A stretch of 63,777 nucleotides of DNA, counting the filler. It is 4 parts of 4 records of this genome, joined end to end, with 100 filler letters (N's around TTAATTAATTAA, not from the genome) between each part and the next. Parts side by side here need not be neighbours in the genome. Positions count along the whole stretch, not along the records: positions 1 to 23,178 come from SRR22947727_2582; 3 more parts are not named here. The stretch is one strand, 5' to 3'. Positions 8,544 to 18,347 of the stretch are shown here, one piece after another. The translations under genes were made by a program, and so were the position numbers. Every line of letters begins with the position of its first letter. Position 1 is the stretch's first letter. The notes beneath the pieces are model-generated. The model worked only from the letters and a program-made list of their open reading frames with translations. It made no database searches and was not told the origin of the DNA.

Positions 8544-11500
8544 GATGATCGCCCGCGCCAGTGCAGCTCAGGCCAAAGCTTCTGATCCAGCGGCTTCGGT
8601 ATTCGTGTCGGCAAATGCGGGAACGGGTAAAACCAAATTGCTAACCGATCGCGTGCTTCGCTTGCTGTTATCCGGTGCGCCAGCCGATGGTATTTTATGC
8701 GTAACCTATACGCGTGCGGCGGCGGCTGAAATGCGTAACCGCATTTTCAAACGTCTTGCCAATTGGGCGACGATTCCGGCAAAGGCGCTTGGCGAAGATC
8801 TGGAAAATATGGGCATTGTCATGCCAAGTCAGGATATGCGTCGTCGGGCACGAAGCCTATTTGCCGAAATTTTGGATAATGATGATGGGCCGCGTGTCGA
8901 GACTGTGCATTCTTTTTGCCAGTCAATTTTGCGGCGCTTTCCAATTGAGGCGGGTGTTGCCCCGCATGTGCAGCTTGCTGATGATGATGAACAAAGCCGG
9001 TTAAAGGCGATGGCACGCACCAATATTCTATATCATCCAAGTCCGGAACTTGCCGCATCGGTGTTACTGATTGCCGAAGCCGTCAGCGAGGGACGTGCCG
9101 ATGAAATTGTTAATGATTTTGTCAATCGGGCAGAGGGGCTTGAGTCGCCTGACTGCCTAGCGCGGATCGAGTCGCATTTCCGTGATGATCTTGGCGTTGT
9201 TTCTGCTGATCAAGAACGCGATGTGCTGCTGGCACGGCTGGATTTGATTCAGGACGAAAAGTTGCGGTCAGTATCGGCGGCCTTGCAGGCATCTGGTTCC
9301 AAAACCCAGAGTGATCGTGGCGCGAAAATGGATGTCTGGTTGGCGCAAACAGGCGATGGCAGGATCGCGAAATTGTCATTTCTTGTCGATGCGCTATTTA
9401 GTGCTGGCAAGGCCCGCAAACAATTATCAAATGCCGATCTTCGCGAGACAGTGCCGCAAATTGACGCGATTCAAAAACAGGTCATTGAAATCATTAAACC
9501 GTTATTATTAAGTCAGGCAGCACAGATATGCCGTGATCGAACCATGGCGCTTTACCGGTTTGGTATGGCCTTTAATCAGGAATATAGCCGTCTGAAAACT
9601 CAACGCGGTTTGCTTGATTATAATGATCTGATTATCCGCACCAATAATCTACTGGCGGCAAGCGAGGCGGCACAATGGGTGGCATGGAAATTAGACAATG
9701 GTATCCAGCATCTTCTGATTGATGAGGCGCAGGATACCAGCCCGGCACAGTGGAAATTGCTGCGGCGGCTGGTTGATGAATTTTTTGATGGCGACGGGGC
9801 AAGCCCCTATATCGCATCGGGGGCAACAAGCTTGCCGCGAACGATGTTTGCCGTTGGGGATTTCAAACAATCGATCTATTCCTTTCAGGGTGCAAACCCG
9901 TTGGTTATGAATCAGAATCGAAACGAGCTGTCCAGCCGCGCCAAAGCCATTCAAGCCGATTTCCGCGATGTGCCTTTGTCGGTGTCGTTCCGGTCGGCAA
10001 GCCCGATTCTGGATCTGGTCAATAAAACCATTCCCGCCCTTGGCGGGATTGATGATTTCACCATTCATGAAATGGCGCGAAGTGGAGCAGGCGGCTTTGT
10101 TGAATTATGGCCGGTGGTGAAAGGCAATGATGATTTTGGTGCTGAAATCATCGCTGCCACCCAATTGGCGCGGCGTGTCAAAAGCTGGATTGGCAATCGG
10201 TGTTTGCCATCGGGAAATTTTGTTGGAGCGGGTGACATTCTGATTCTGCTTCGCAAACGCGGCCGGTTTTTCGAATTGTTATTATCGGCATTGCAGATTG
10301 CCAATGTTCAGGTAGCTGGCGCTGACCGGATGCAGCTTGCTGAACAAATTGAAATTCAGGATCTTTTGGCGCTTGGTGATGTAATGCATCTTGCCGATGA
10401 TGATCTGCAGCTTGCCGCCGTTTTGAAATCGCCTTTATTCGGGATGAGCGAAGACCAGCTTTATGAGCTTGCCTATGACCGTGGCAAGGCCAGCTTGATG
10501 TCGCGGCTGATGGCGCATCGCGGCGCTGATGGTGATTTGGGCAAGATGGCCGATCAATTGGCACGCTGGCAAAGCCGCGCTGAATATGAGTCGGTTTTCG
10601 GTTTCTTCAGCTTTGTTCTTGTCGATGGTGGCCGCCAGAAATTCCGCGACCGGCTTGGCCGTGCGGTTGATGAATCGCTCGATCACTTCTTGAATCTGGC
10701 GCAGAATTTTGCCCTTGGCGGCGGCGTGTCCTTGCTTGAGTTCCTAACAAGCATCCGCAGCAGTGGCGGCGAGGTAAAACGTGATATGGATGCATCGGGT
10801 ACGGATGAGGTGCGGATCATGACAATCCATGGCGCAAAGGGGCTTGAGGCGCCGATTGTGATTTTGCCTGATATGCTGGCCAGCTGCGGAAAATCCGAAC
10901 CGGTTTTGCCGGCGGCTGATGGGTCGGTTCATTACTGGTTGCCGCCATCTGATTCGGCGCGCCCTGTCTTTGTCGAACAGGCGCGTGAGGCGGCGGCCAC
11001 GCTTCGCACCGAAGAAAGCAACCGTTTGCTATATGTTGCGATGACGCGCGCGCGTGATGGTTTGGTGATTGGCGGCTGGGAAAAACCGCATGGCGTCCGC
11101 CGCCTAGAGGGAAGTGACTATGCATTGTTAAGCGGGGTCATCAAAGCAACCGAAACCGCCACCGAACATGATGATGGCACGGTTTCAATCACCGCTATCC
11201 AGCCCGCCACAATTGATAAAGATCAAGATAAAGAACCAAAATTGCCACCAAAAACACCGGTTGATGATATGGCTGATTGGTTAGATCGTCCTGCCCCGAT
11301 AGATGATAAATCAGGTCGCCCCATCCGGCCATCGCAGCCTGGTCTTGACCATGACCCACAATCACTTGCCGTCGGCGCTGCAAAACAGAATAGGCAATAC
11401 CGTCACATTGGTCTTGCCTATGGCAAGCTTGCACACCGGTTGCTTGAACAGCTTCCCGCCATTGATCCGTCATTACGGCGTGATCGTGCTGTACAGATTG

Positions 11501-11919
11501 CTGGCCAAAGCCGTGATGTGCCTGACGAAATGGCAGTAGGCCTTATCAACAAGCTGTTGACGCTGATTGATTTGCCTGAATTTGCCCCGCTTTTTGGCAA
11601 GGATGCGTTGGTTGAGGTTCCGATTAATGGGCGCTTGAATGGCATTGGCATCGCTGGCCAGATTGACCGGCTGTTTGTCGATGACAAGCGCATTATTCTG
11701 GCCGATTTCAAAACGGGTCGGCCGCGCGAAGATACAATACCGCGAAACTATCTTCATCAAATGGCGCTTTATGATGGCCTTCTTCAGAAAATCTATCCTG
11801 GGCGAGACATTGATTGTTGGCTTGTTTGGGTTGATACGCTTGATTATCAGCCGATTGATCGTGATGCCAGAGAGCAGGCATTGGCTGATATTTTTGCCGC
11901 TTATGACCCTTTGCGCTAG
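8536..11919 (+). CDS. addA: Double-strand break repair helicase/nuclease AddA
   Basis: SANAGTGKT, DEAQDT, VGDFKQSIY, MTIHGAKGLE, LLYVAMTRA and GQIDRL...DFKTG motifs; ATG 8536 follows GGAG and overlaps the addB stop. Confidence 0.96.
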   Translation: MNEMIARASAAQAKASDPAASVFVSANAGTGKTKLLTDRVLRLLLSGAPADGILCVTYTRAAAAEMRNRIFKRLANWATIPAKALGEDLENMGIVMPSQDMRRRARSLFAEILDNDDGPRVETVHSFCQSILRRFPIEAGVAPHVQLADDDEQSRLKAMARTNILYHPSPELAASVLLIAEAVSEGRADEIVNDFVNRAEGLESPDCLARIESHFRDDLGVVSADQERDVLLARLDLIQDEKLRSVSAALQASGSKTQSDRGAKMDVWLAQTGDGRIAKLSFLVDALFSAGKARKQLSNADLRETVPQIDAIQKQVIEIIKPLLLSQAAQICRDRTMALYRFGMAFNQEYSRLKTQRGLLDYNDLIIRTNNLLAASEAAQWVAWKLDNGIQHLLIDEAQDTSPAQWKLLRRLVDEFFDGDGASPYIASGATSLPRTMFAVGDFKQSIYSFQGANPLVMNQNRNELSSRAKAIQADFRDVPLSVSFRSASPILDLVNKTIPALGGIDDFTIHEMARSGAGGFVELWPVVKGNDDFGAEIIAATQLARRVKSWIGNRCLPSGNFVGAGDILILLRKRGRFFELLLSALQIANVQVAGADRMQLAEQIEIQDLLALGDVMHLADDDLQLAAVLKSPLFGMSEDQLYELAYDRGKASLMSRLMAHRGADGDLGKMADQLARWQSRAEYESVFGFFSFVLVDGGRQKFRDRLGRAVDESLDHFLNLAQNFALGGGVSLLEFLTSIRSSGGEVKRDMDASGTDEVRIMTIHGAKGLEAPIVILPDMLASCGKSEPVLPAADGSVHYWLPPSDSARPVFVEQAREAAATLRTEESNRLLYVAMTRARDGLVIGGWEKPHGVRRLEGSDYALLSGVIKATETATEHDDGTVSITAIQPATIDKDQDKEPKLPPKTPVDDMADWLDRPAPIDDKSGRPIRPSQPGLDHDPQSLAVGAAKQNRQYRHIGLAYGKLAHRLLEQLPAIDPSLRRDRAVQIAGQSRDVPDEMAVGLINKLLTLIDLPEFAPLFGKDALVEVPINGRLNGIGIAGQIDRLFVDDKRIILADFKTGRPREDTIPRNYLHQMALYDGLLQKIYPGRDIDCWLVWVDTLDYQPIDRDAREQALADIFAAYDPLR

Positions 11920-11949
11920 TCAATTAGATAAATATTCGTGACGCCAAGC

Positions 11950-11978
11950 TTGACGCGGCAGCAGCCAAACCATAAATT
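11950..11978 (+). promoter_or_regulatory. Candidate sigma70/RpoH-type promoter for trxA
   Basis: TTGACG-N17-TAAATT, 59 nt upstream of the trxA ATG. Confidence 0.55.
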
Positions 11979-12037
11979 TAAAACCGCGAAGGCAGCGGCA
12001 CATACGCCGCAGATTTTTACGATGAAATGGAATCATA

Positions 12038-12358
12038 ATGGCAACGTCAAAAACCACGGATAGCGATTTTACCGCAGATGTTCTGCAATCAGACAAACCT
12101 GTATTGGTTGATTTCTGGGCTGAATGGTGTGGCCCCTGCAAAGCGATTGGCCCTGCGCTTGAAGAAATCGCTGGTGAAAAGCTAGACAGCCTGTCAATCG
12201 TCAAGCTGAATATCGACGAAAACCCACTAACGCCGCAGAAATATAATGTTCGCGGTATTCCAACATTGCTGATTTTCAAAAACGGCGAAGTTGTCGCTGA
12301 AAAGATGGGTGCCTTGCCAAAATCACAGCTGGAAAGCTGGATTGATCAATCGGTCTAA
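12038..12358 (+). CDS. trxA: Thioredoxin
   Basis: [11 protein letters not shown] active site; 106 aa. Confidence 0.98.
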   Translation: MATSKTTDSDFTADVLQSDKPVLVDFWAEWCGPCKAIGPALEEIAGEKLDSLSIVKLNIDENPLTPQKYNVRGIPTLLIFKNGEVVAEKMGALPKSQLESWIDQSV

Positions 12359-12393
12359 CGCCAATTTTCATAAAGATAATGTGAAACGCTGTC

Positions 12394-13734
12394 CTAGTCA
12401 GGCAGCGTTTTATTTTGCACAAGAACATGACCGGCAAGATAAAGTGAGCCGCAAATAATCACCGGATAGGCGGGGTCTAGCTGGTCAAATGCCGCTATGA
12501 TGCTTGTTGCGGCGACGGCGTCCAGACCGTGTGCCAAGGCGGCAGCGGTCATTTCGCCAGCGCTTAGGCTGGCCGGTTGGTCAGGGATGGCAAGACAGCG
12601 AACTGATCCGGCAAGGGCGGCAAGTGGTGCCAGAAATTCAGCCGGATCACGCGTGTTTAGCGCGCCGCAAATAATATTCCATTTACCGCCATCGATTTGA
12701 CCAAGCGTCTTGGCCAAAGCTCGTGCCCCATGGGCATTATGCGCGCCGTCAAGCCAGATTGGGCGATGCGGCCATAATTCTGCCAACAGGCCGTCATTTA
12801 ATGGCTGCACCCGCCCGGGCCAGACAGCCGATTGAATGCTGCTGGCAAACGCGTTTTCCGTCTGGCTTTGGCCGCATGATGGCAATCGGTTTTTTGCCAC
12901 AAGATCAAAAAGGCAAGCCGCCGCCAGCCCTGCATTTTCCAGCTGATGCGCGCCGCGTAGCCCAGGTGCCGGAAGCAGGAAATCGTTGCCCGCACAGGAC
13001 AGGTGAATGCCGCCATCATCGGTTTCCGCCAGATGGAAATCACGGCCGGCGACCTGCAGTGACGCGCCGATATTTTCAGCATGCGCAATCAGAACATGCA
13101 TGGCCTCGGCCTGTTGATCGGCGCTGTAACAGGCTGTTTGCGCCCGCATGATTCCCGCCTTTTGACTGGCAATCTGGCCGATGTTAGTGCCAAGAAAATG
13201 TTCGTGATCTTGGGCAATCGGGGTGATGATTGTGGCAAGCGGGGTTTTCAATACATTGGTCGAATCAAGCGCGCCACCAAGGCCAGTTTCCAAAAGCAAT
13301 AAATCGGCTGGCACCCGCGAGAATGCCAGCATCGCGGCCGCCGTGGTGACTTCGAAAAAGGTCACGGCCATGTCGCCATTGGCGGTTTCGACATCTTCAA
13401 GCAAATCGGCAAGCCCGCCATCGTCAATTAGCCTGCCGGCAAGCCGGATACGTTCATTAAACCGGCATAGATGCGGCGAGCTATAGACATGAACCTTAAG
13501 GCCGGCTTCTTCAGCCATCGCTCTTAGAAAAGCAATTGTCGAGCCTTTGCCATTCGTCCCAGCGACATGGATTGTTGGCGGCAAATGATGATGCGGATTG
13601 CCAAGCTTTTCCAGAAGGGCAAAGCTGCGATCAAGCCCAAGATCAATTAATTTTGGATGTAGCCGCGCCAGCCGTTCAAGCGCCGCTGCGGCACGGTCAG
13701 CTGCGGCCATTGCCGCCGGTGATGACGATGGCAT
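12394..13734 (-). CDS. folC: Folylpolyglutamate synthase/dihydrofolate synthase
   Basis: HVAGTNGKGS, YSSPHL, ETGLGG.LD.TN, LDGAHN and CGSLYLAG motifs. Confidence 0.96.
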   Translation of the reverse strand: MPSSSPAAMAAADRAAAALERLARLHPKLIDLGLDRSFALLEKLGNPHHHLPPTIHVAGTNGKGSTIAFLRAMAEEAGLKVHVYSSPHLCRFNERIRLAGRLIDDGGLADLLEDVETANGDMAVTFFEVTTAAAMLAFSRVPADLLLLETGLGGALDSTNVLKTPLATIITPIAQDHEHFLGTNIGQIASQKAGIMRAQTACYSADQQAEAMHVLIAHAENIGASLQVAGRDFHLAETDDGGIHLSCAGNDFLLPAPGLRGAHQLENAGLAAACLFDLVAKNRLPSCGQSQTENAFASSIQSAVWPGRVQPLNDGLLAELWPHRPIWLDGAHNAHGARALAKTLGQIDGGKWNIICGALNTRDPAEFLAPLAALAGSVRCLAIPDQPASLSAGEMTAAALAHGLDAVAATSIIAAFDQLDPAYPVIICGSLYLAGHVLVQNKTLPD

Positions 13735-14603
13735 TAGGCGCGCTTTCTGCTGTCTTTCGATCCCATCATGAAATCCAGAAGCCGGCCAATATATTCAGGC
13801 TGTTCGGCGCGCGGCACAACGGCATCGACCATACCATGATCCATTAGATATTCGGCTGTCTGGAAATCTTCAGGCAGTTTTTCACGAACCGTTTCTTCGA
13901 TCACACGGCGACCGGCAAAGCCAATGATGGCACCAGGTTCGGCAATTTGAATATCGCCAAGCATGGCAAATGATGCGGTAACGCCGCCGGTCGTTGGATG
14001 CGCCAATAAAACAAAATAGGGAAGGCCAGCATCACGAACCTGCTCAACAGCGGCGATGGTGCGTGGTAATTGCATAAGTGATAAAACGCCTTCTTGCATG
14101 CGTGCGCCGCCAGTTGATGGCACGGTGATCAGCGCGCCGTTGCGGGCAACCGCTTCCTTTGCAGCGCGAACAATGCCATTGCCGACCATGCGTCCCATTG
14201 ACCCGCCCATAAAGCGGAAATCAAATGCGGCGATCACGCAAGGATATCCGTTGATTTGCCCTGCTGCAACGGCAATCGCGTCATTCAGGCCGGTTTTGTT
14301 GCGCGTTTCGCGAAGCCGGTCAGTATATTTCTTGCTATCGCGGAATTTCAAAGGATCGTCTTCAATAGGCGAAAGCGAGATCACATCATATTTGCCATCG
14401 TCAAATAACATGGCAAAACGGTGTTCGGGCGGAAGTGGGGCATGATGACCGCATGTGGCGCAGCAGTTAAATGCCTGTTCATATTCACGATGAAAAATCA
14501 TCTGGCTACAGGCGCTGCATTTGATCCACAGATTATCCGGCACATCATCGGACTGAACCCATGCCTTGATTTTGGGAAGGACAGAATTTGTAATCCAATT
14601 CAT
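13734..14603 (-). CDS. accD: Acetyl-CoA carboxylase carboxyltransferase beta subunit
   Basis: True start MNWITN at 14603; CxxC...CxxC zinc finger, FMGGSMG, GGARMQEG and PTTGGVTASFA motifs. Confidence 0.97.
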   Translation of the reverse strand: MNWITNSVLPKIKAWVQSDDVPDNLWIKCSACSQMIFHREYEQAFNCCATCGHHAPLPPEHRFAMLFDDGKYDVISLSPIEDDPLKFRDSKKYTDRLRETRNKTGLNDAIAVAAGQINGYPCVIAAFDFRFMGGSMGRMVGNGIVRAAKEAVARNGALITVPSTGGARMQEGVLSLMQLPRTIAAVEQVRDAGLPYFVLLAHPTTGGVTASFAMLGDIQIAEPGAIIGFAGRRVIEETVREKLPEDFQTAEYLMDHGMVDAVVPRAEQPEYIGRLLDFMMGSKDSRKRA

Positions 14604-14613
14604 TGCAATCTCC

Positions 14614-15447
14614 CTATGCGCGTATGGCGGCACTAAGCTCGCCGACAAATGCGGCAACTTTACGGACAATCGCCGCACGGTTTTCAGCCACATCTGGGCT
14701 GGATGGGTTTGCCACGCCATCAGCAATGATATCAACAACGGCAGAGCCGACAACCGCACCGTCACTCAAACGTGCTGATTCGGCTGCCTGTTCGGGGGTG
14801 CGGATGCCAAATCCGGTTACAATCGGAAGATCGGTTTGTTTGCGGATGCGCTGATAGGCATCGGAAATGCTGGTCGCCGCAGCGCTTGCCATGCCGGTAA
14901 TGCCAGTAACCGACACATAATAAACAAATCCGCTGGCCTGTGCCAAGATGGCTGGCAAACGCTGATCATGGCTTGTCGGGGTGATCAACCGAACGACATT
15001 CAAACCAGCATCGCGTGCCGGAATGCAAAGTTCTGAATCTTCTTCTGGTGGCAAATCAACGATGATCAATCCGTCAACACCAGCCGCCACTGAATCGGCA
15101 ATGAACCGGTCATTACCATAGATATAGATCGGGTTGTAATAGCCCATCAGGACAAGCGGCATATCAGGGTGCCGTTGGCGAAAATTACGCGCAATTTCAA
15201 GCGTTGCGGTTAAGGACATACCGCCCTTTAACGCCCGAAGTGATGCTGCCTGAATGGCGGGGCCATCGGCCATTGGGTCGGAAAAAGGCATGCCAAGCTC
15301 GATAAAATCAACACCAGCGTCAACCAACCCGTCAAGCAAGGCTTCGGTGGTGGCGGCGTCTGGGTCGCCAGCGGTAATAAAAACGCCCAAGCTGCCGCGA
15401 TTTTCGGCTTTGGCCTTTGCAAATGCGGTGTCGATGCGACCTGCCAT
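14614..15447 (-). CDS. trpA: Tryptophan synthase alpha chain
   Basis: ITAGDP, ELGMPFSDPMADGPAIQ, YYVSVTGITG and GFGI motifs. Confidence 0.98.
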   Translation of the reverse strand: MAGRIDTAFAKAKAENRGSLGVFITAGDPDAATTEALLDGLVDAGVDFIELGMPFSDPMADGPAIQAASLRALKGGMSLTATLEIARNFRQRHPDMPLVLMGYYNPIYIYGNDRFIADSVAAGVDGLIIVDLPPEEDSELCIPARDAGLNVVRLITPTSHDQRLPAILAQASGFVYYVSVTGITGMASAAATSISDAYQRIRKQTDLPIVTGFGIRTPEQAAESARLSDGAVVGSAVVDIIADGVANPSSPDVAENRAAIVRKVAAFVGELSAAIRA

Positions 15448-15481
15448 AATTATCTCTTTTCCAATCTAAATGGGCTTTGGT

Positions 15482-16705
15482 TTACATCCGGCCAAGTTTT
15501 TCAAGAACCGGAAGAACCGCGCCCAAATCCTTGTCGCCGCGGCCACACATGTTCAAAATGACAATATCATCAGAATCCATATCGCCAATGACGGTGCTAA
15601 GATAGGCCAGCGCATGTGATGGTTCGAGCGCCGGAATGATGCCTTCAAGACGCGCACAAAGCTGAAAGGCGACAAGCGCTTCTTCATCGGTGGCACTAAC
15701 ATAATTGACGCGGCCAATATCATGAAGCCATGAATGTTCAGGGCCGATTCCCGGATAATCCAGACCAGCCGAAATCGAATGGGCATCGGTGATTTGCCCA
15801 TCATCATTTTGCAGAAGATAGGTTCGGTTGCCATGCAGGATACCCGGTGTTCCGCCGGTTAGTGACGCAGCATGAAGGCCGCTGCCAAGCCCTTTGCCTG
15901 CAGCTTCGACACCATAGATGGCCACATCCGTATCATCAAGAAACGGATAGAAAAGTCCAATCGCATTTGACCCGCCACCAATACAGGCAACAAGCGCATT
16001 TGGCAGCCGGCCTTCGGCTTCGAGAATTTGTTCGCGCGCCTCGGTGCCGATCACCGATTGGAAATCACGCACCATTTGTGGATAGGGGTGCGGGCCTGCG
16101 GCGGTGCCGATAATGTAAAAATGCGTTTCGGCATTGGTCACCCAATAGCGAAGCGCTTCATTCATTGCGTCTTTAAGTGTGCCGGTGCCTGAGGTAACAG
16201 GGTGGATTTTGGCACCGAGAAGACGCATCCGGTCGACATTCGGCTTTTGCCGTTCGACATCTTCAGCGCCCATAAAGACTTCACATTCCATATTGAAAAG
16301 CGCACAGGCTGTTGCTGTGGCAACGCCATGCTGGCCTGCGCCGGTTTCGGCAATGATTTTGGTTTTGCCCATCCGTTTGGCAAGAAGTGCCTGACCCAAA
16401 ACATTGTTGATCTTGTGCGCGCCAGTATGGTTCAGCTCATCACGTTTTAGATATAGCTTCGCACCACCAAAATGCGCGGTCATGCGTTCGGCAAAATAGA
16501 GTGGGCTTGGGCGACCGATATAATGCTTTTGGTAATAGTACATTTCCCGCTGAAATGATTTATCGGCGCTGGCTTCTTTATACGCCTTTTCGACATTCAA
16601 AATCAGCGGCATCAGCGTTTCAGCGACAAAGCGGCCGCCATGAATGCCAAAGCGGCCAGCCTCATCGGGCTGGTTGCGAAATGTGTTAACGTTCGTTTTG
16701 CTCAT
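15482..16705 (-). CDS. trpB: Tryptophan synthase beta chain
   Basis: [11 protein letters not shown] (PLP lysine), [15 protein letters not shown] and SAGLDYPG motifs. Confidence 0.98.
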   Translation of the reverse strand: MSKTNVNTFRNQPDEAGRFGIHGGRFVAETLMPLILNVEKAYKEASADKSFQREMYYYQKHYIGRPSPLYFAERMTAHFGGAKLYLKRDELNHTGAHKINNVLGQALLAKRMGKTKIIAETGAGQHGVATATACALFNMECEVFMGAEDVERQKPNVDRMRLLGAKIHPVTSGTGTLKDAMNEALRYWVTNAETHFYIIGTAAGPHPYPQMVRDFQSVIGTEAREQILEAEGRLPNALVACIGGGSNAIGLFYPFLDDTDVAIYGVEAAGKGLGSGLHAASLTGGTPGILHGNRTYLLQNDDGQITDAHSISAGLDYPGIGPEHSWLHDIGRVNYVSATDEEALVAFQLCARLEGIIPALEPSHALAYLSTVIGDMDSDDIVILNMCGRGDKDLGAVLPVLEKLGRM

Positions 16706-16759
16706 CAAAAGCTCTCATCCTGTAAAGTCGGCGATATCGACGCGGCCCCCAGCATTGTT

Positions 16760-17410
16760 CTAGCCTAATTGGGCCGCCCGAATAAAGGCATGAATCTGTT
16801 CTGCGTCCTTTTTTCCGGGGTATGATTCAACACCCGATGACACATCCACCGTCTTTGCTGCGCTAATCTTGATCGCACTTGCCACATTATGGCGGTCAAG
16901 CCCGCCTGCCAGCATCCATGGTAACTGCCCGCGGTAATTGGCAAGGATTGTCCAATCAAACTGATGGCCGGTACCGCCTGGCTGCGATCCGGCTTTGACT
17001 TTGGCGTCAAACAGCAACCAATCGGCAAGATTATCCCATTTGGCGCATTGATCAAGATCGGCCGCGGTTTCAACGGCAATCGCCTTGATCACCGGCAAAC
17101 CGGTGCGGGCTTTGATATCGGCAACATCCTGACAGGTTTCTTTGCCATGAAGCTGCAGCATATCTGGCCGCGCCGCTTCGATGATGGGCATAAGCTTTTC
17201 GCCAACGATATCAACGCTAAGCAAAACGCGTTCAGGCGCATCAGAACCAATAGAATCGGCGCAATCTGCCAATGCTGCTAGGCCGGCCAGATCAAGATGA
17301 CGTGATGATCCGGGGTAATAGACCATGCCTGTCCAGCGCGCACCGGCATCGCGGCAGATGATATAATCATTTGCCGTTGATATGCCGCAGATTTTAACCT
17401 CGGGCGCCAT
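16760..17410 (-). CDS. trpF: Phosphoribosylanthranilate isomerase
   Basis: VKICGI, QLHGKE, GGTGHQFDW, LAGGL and VDVSSGVE motifs. Confidence 0.96.
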   Translation of the reverse strand: MAPEVKICGISTANDYIICRDAGARWTGMVYYPGSSRHLDLAGLAALADCADSIGSDAPERVLLSVDIVGEKLMPIIEAARPDMLQLHGKETCQDVADIKARTGLPVIKAIAVETAADLDQCAKWDNLADWLLFDAKVKAGSQPGGTGHQFDWTILANYRGQLPWMLAGGLDRHNVASAIKISAAKTVDVSSGVESYPGKKDAEQIHAFIRAAQLG

Positions 17411-17471
17411 TGATAATCCTTTTGCTTGATAGTTTTTCTTTTCGGGGTCGAAACCGGAAACGGGCGATTGC

Positions 17472-17855
17472 TTAACTTAGCCGGCGATCGGCGGTCAATT
17501 GGTTTGATACGGCTGATTCACCCTGCTGGTCATAATCCTGCTGGCCGTATTCATGCTGGGCGGCTGATTCGGCTGTCATTTTACCGGTTTTTGCCTGCAA
17601 TTTATTGAAACGCCCTTCAAGACGCCACAGCTTTGCCCGAATCGCCAGCCACTGCCCCCATAGCAATATAGCACTCAGCAATCCACCAATGATAAAGCTG
17701 GATAGAATCAACAGCCAAACTGGCGACGTTAGCGTGCTGTCAAATGGCCAAAGATAAATCGTAATAAGGGTTTTATTCGATGTGGCAAACACAATTGCAA
17801 ACATGACCAAGAACAAGGTGATGCTCAGCCATAAAAGGCGGCCTAATGTTCGCAT
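17472..17855 (-). CDS. LapA-domain (DUF1049) small membrane protein
   Basis: Two hydrophobic helices with FA.SN...LWPF; typical position downstream of ihfB. Confidence 0.75.
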   Translation of the reverse strand: MRTLGRLLWLSITLFLVMFAIVFATSNKTLITIYLWPFDSTLTSPVWLLILSSFIIGGLLSAILLWGQWLAIRAKLWRLEGRFNKLQAKTGKMTAESAAQHEYGQQDYDQQGESAVSNQLTADRRLS

Positions 17856-17867
17856 AATTCGATCCGT

Positions 17868-18146
17868 CTAGCGGTTTAACCGCTCACGCATACCCTTGCC
17901 CATTTTGAAAAAAGGCACTTTCTTTTCAGATACTTCTACACTTGTTCCAGTTCTTGGATTGCGTCCGAGGCGGGCTTTGCGCTCGCGCACTGAAAAAGCA
18001 CCAAACCCGCGAAGCTCAACCCTGTCACCACGTTCAAGTGCACCGCCGATTTCATCAAGGATTGTTCCAACCAGCCGCTCAATATCACGGTGGTAAAGTG
18101 TTGGATTCTTAGCCGCTAATTTTGCGATAAGTTCTGACCTTGTCAC
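17868..18146 (-). CDS. ihfB: Integration host factor beta
   Basis: [24 protein letters not shown] and FFKMGK.MRERLN motifs. Confidence 0.96.
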   Translation of the reverse strand: MTRSELIAKLAAKNPTLYHRDIERLVGTILDEIGGALERGDRVELRGFGAFSVRERKARLGRNPRTGTSVEVSEKKVPFFKMGKGMRERLNR

Positions 18147-18187
18147 AGAGTTTGCTCCCTTAATTCTTACGTTCTTAATATGAAATT

Positions 18188-18216
18188 AGGATGCCTGTTT
18201 GCAAATGGCGGGTCAA
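18188..18216 (-). promoter_or_regulatory. Candidate sigma70 promoter for ihfB
   Basis: Minus strand TTGACC-N17-CATCCT, about 40 nt upstream of the GTG start and downstream of the rpsA terminator. Confidence 0.5.
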
Positions 18217-18281
18217 CTTAGAATTGATTTCTAACGTTAATAAGAATGATAAAATTCATTAACATAGCCAAGCCCAGCCAT

Positions 18282-18314
18282 AAAAAAAGCCAGCCGATGG
18301 ATGCACCGGCTGGC
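18282..18314 (-). terminator. Intrinsic terminator of rpsA
   Basis: GCCAGCCG/CGGCTGGC stem followed by T7 on the minus strand. Confidence 0.85.
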
Positions 18315-18347
18315 GTGAAGATAGGCAGATTGGCGATTGTGCCAGTC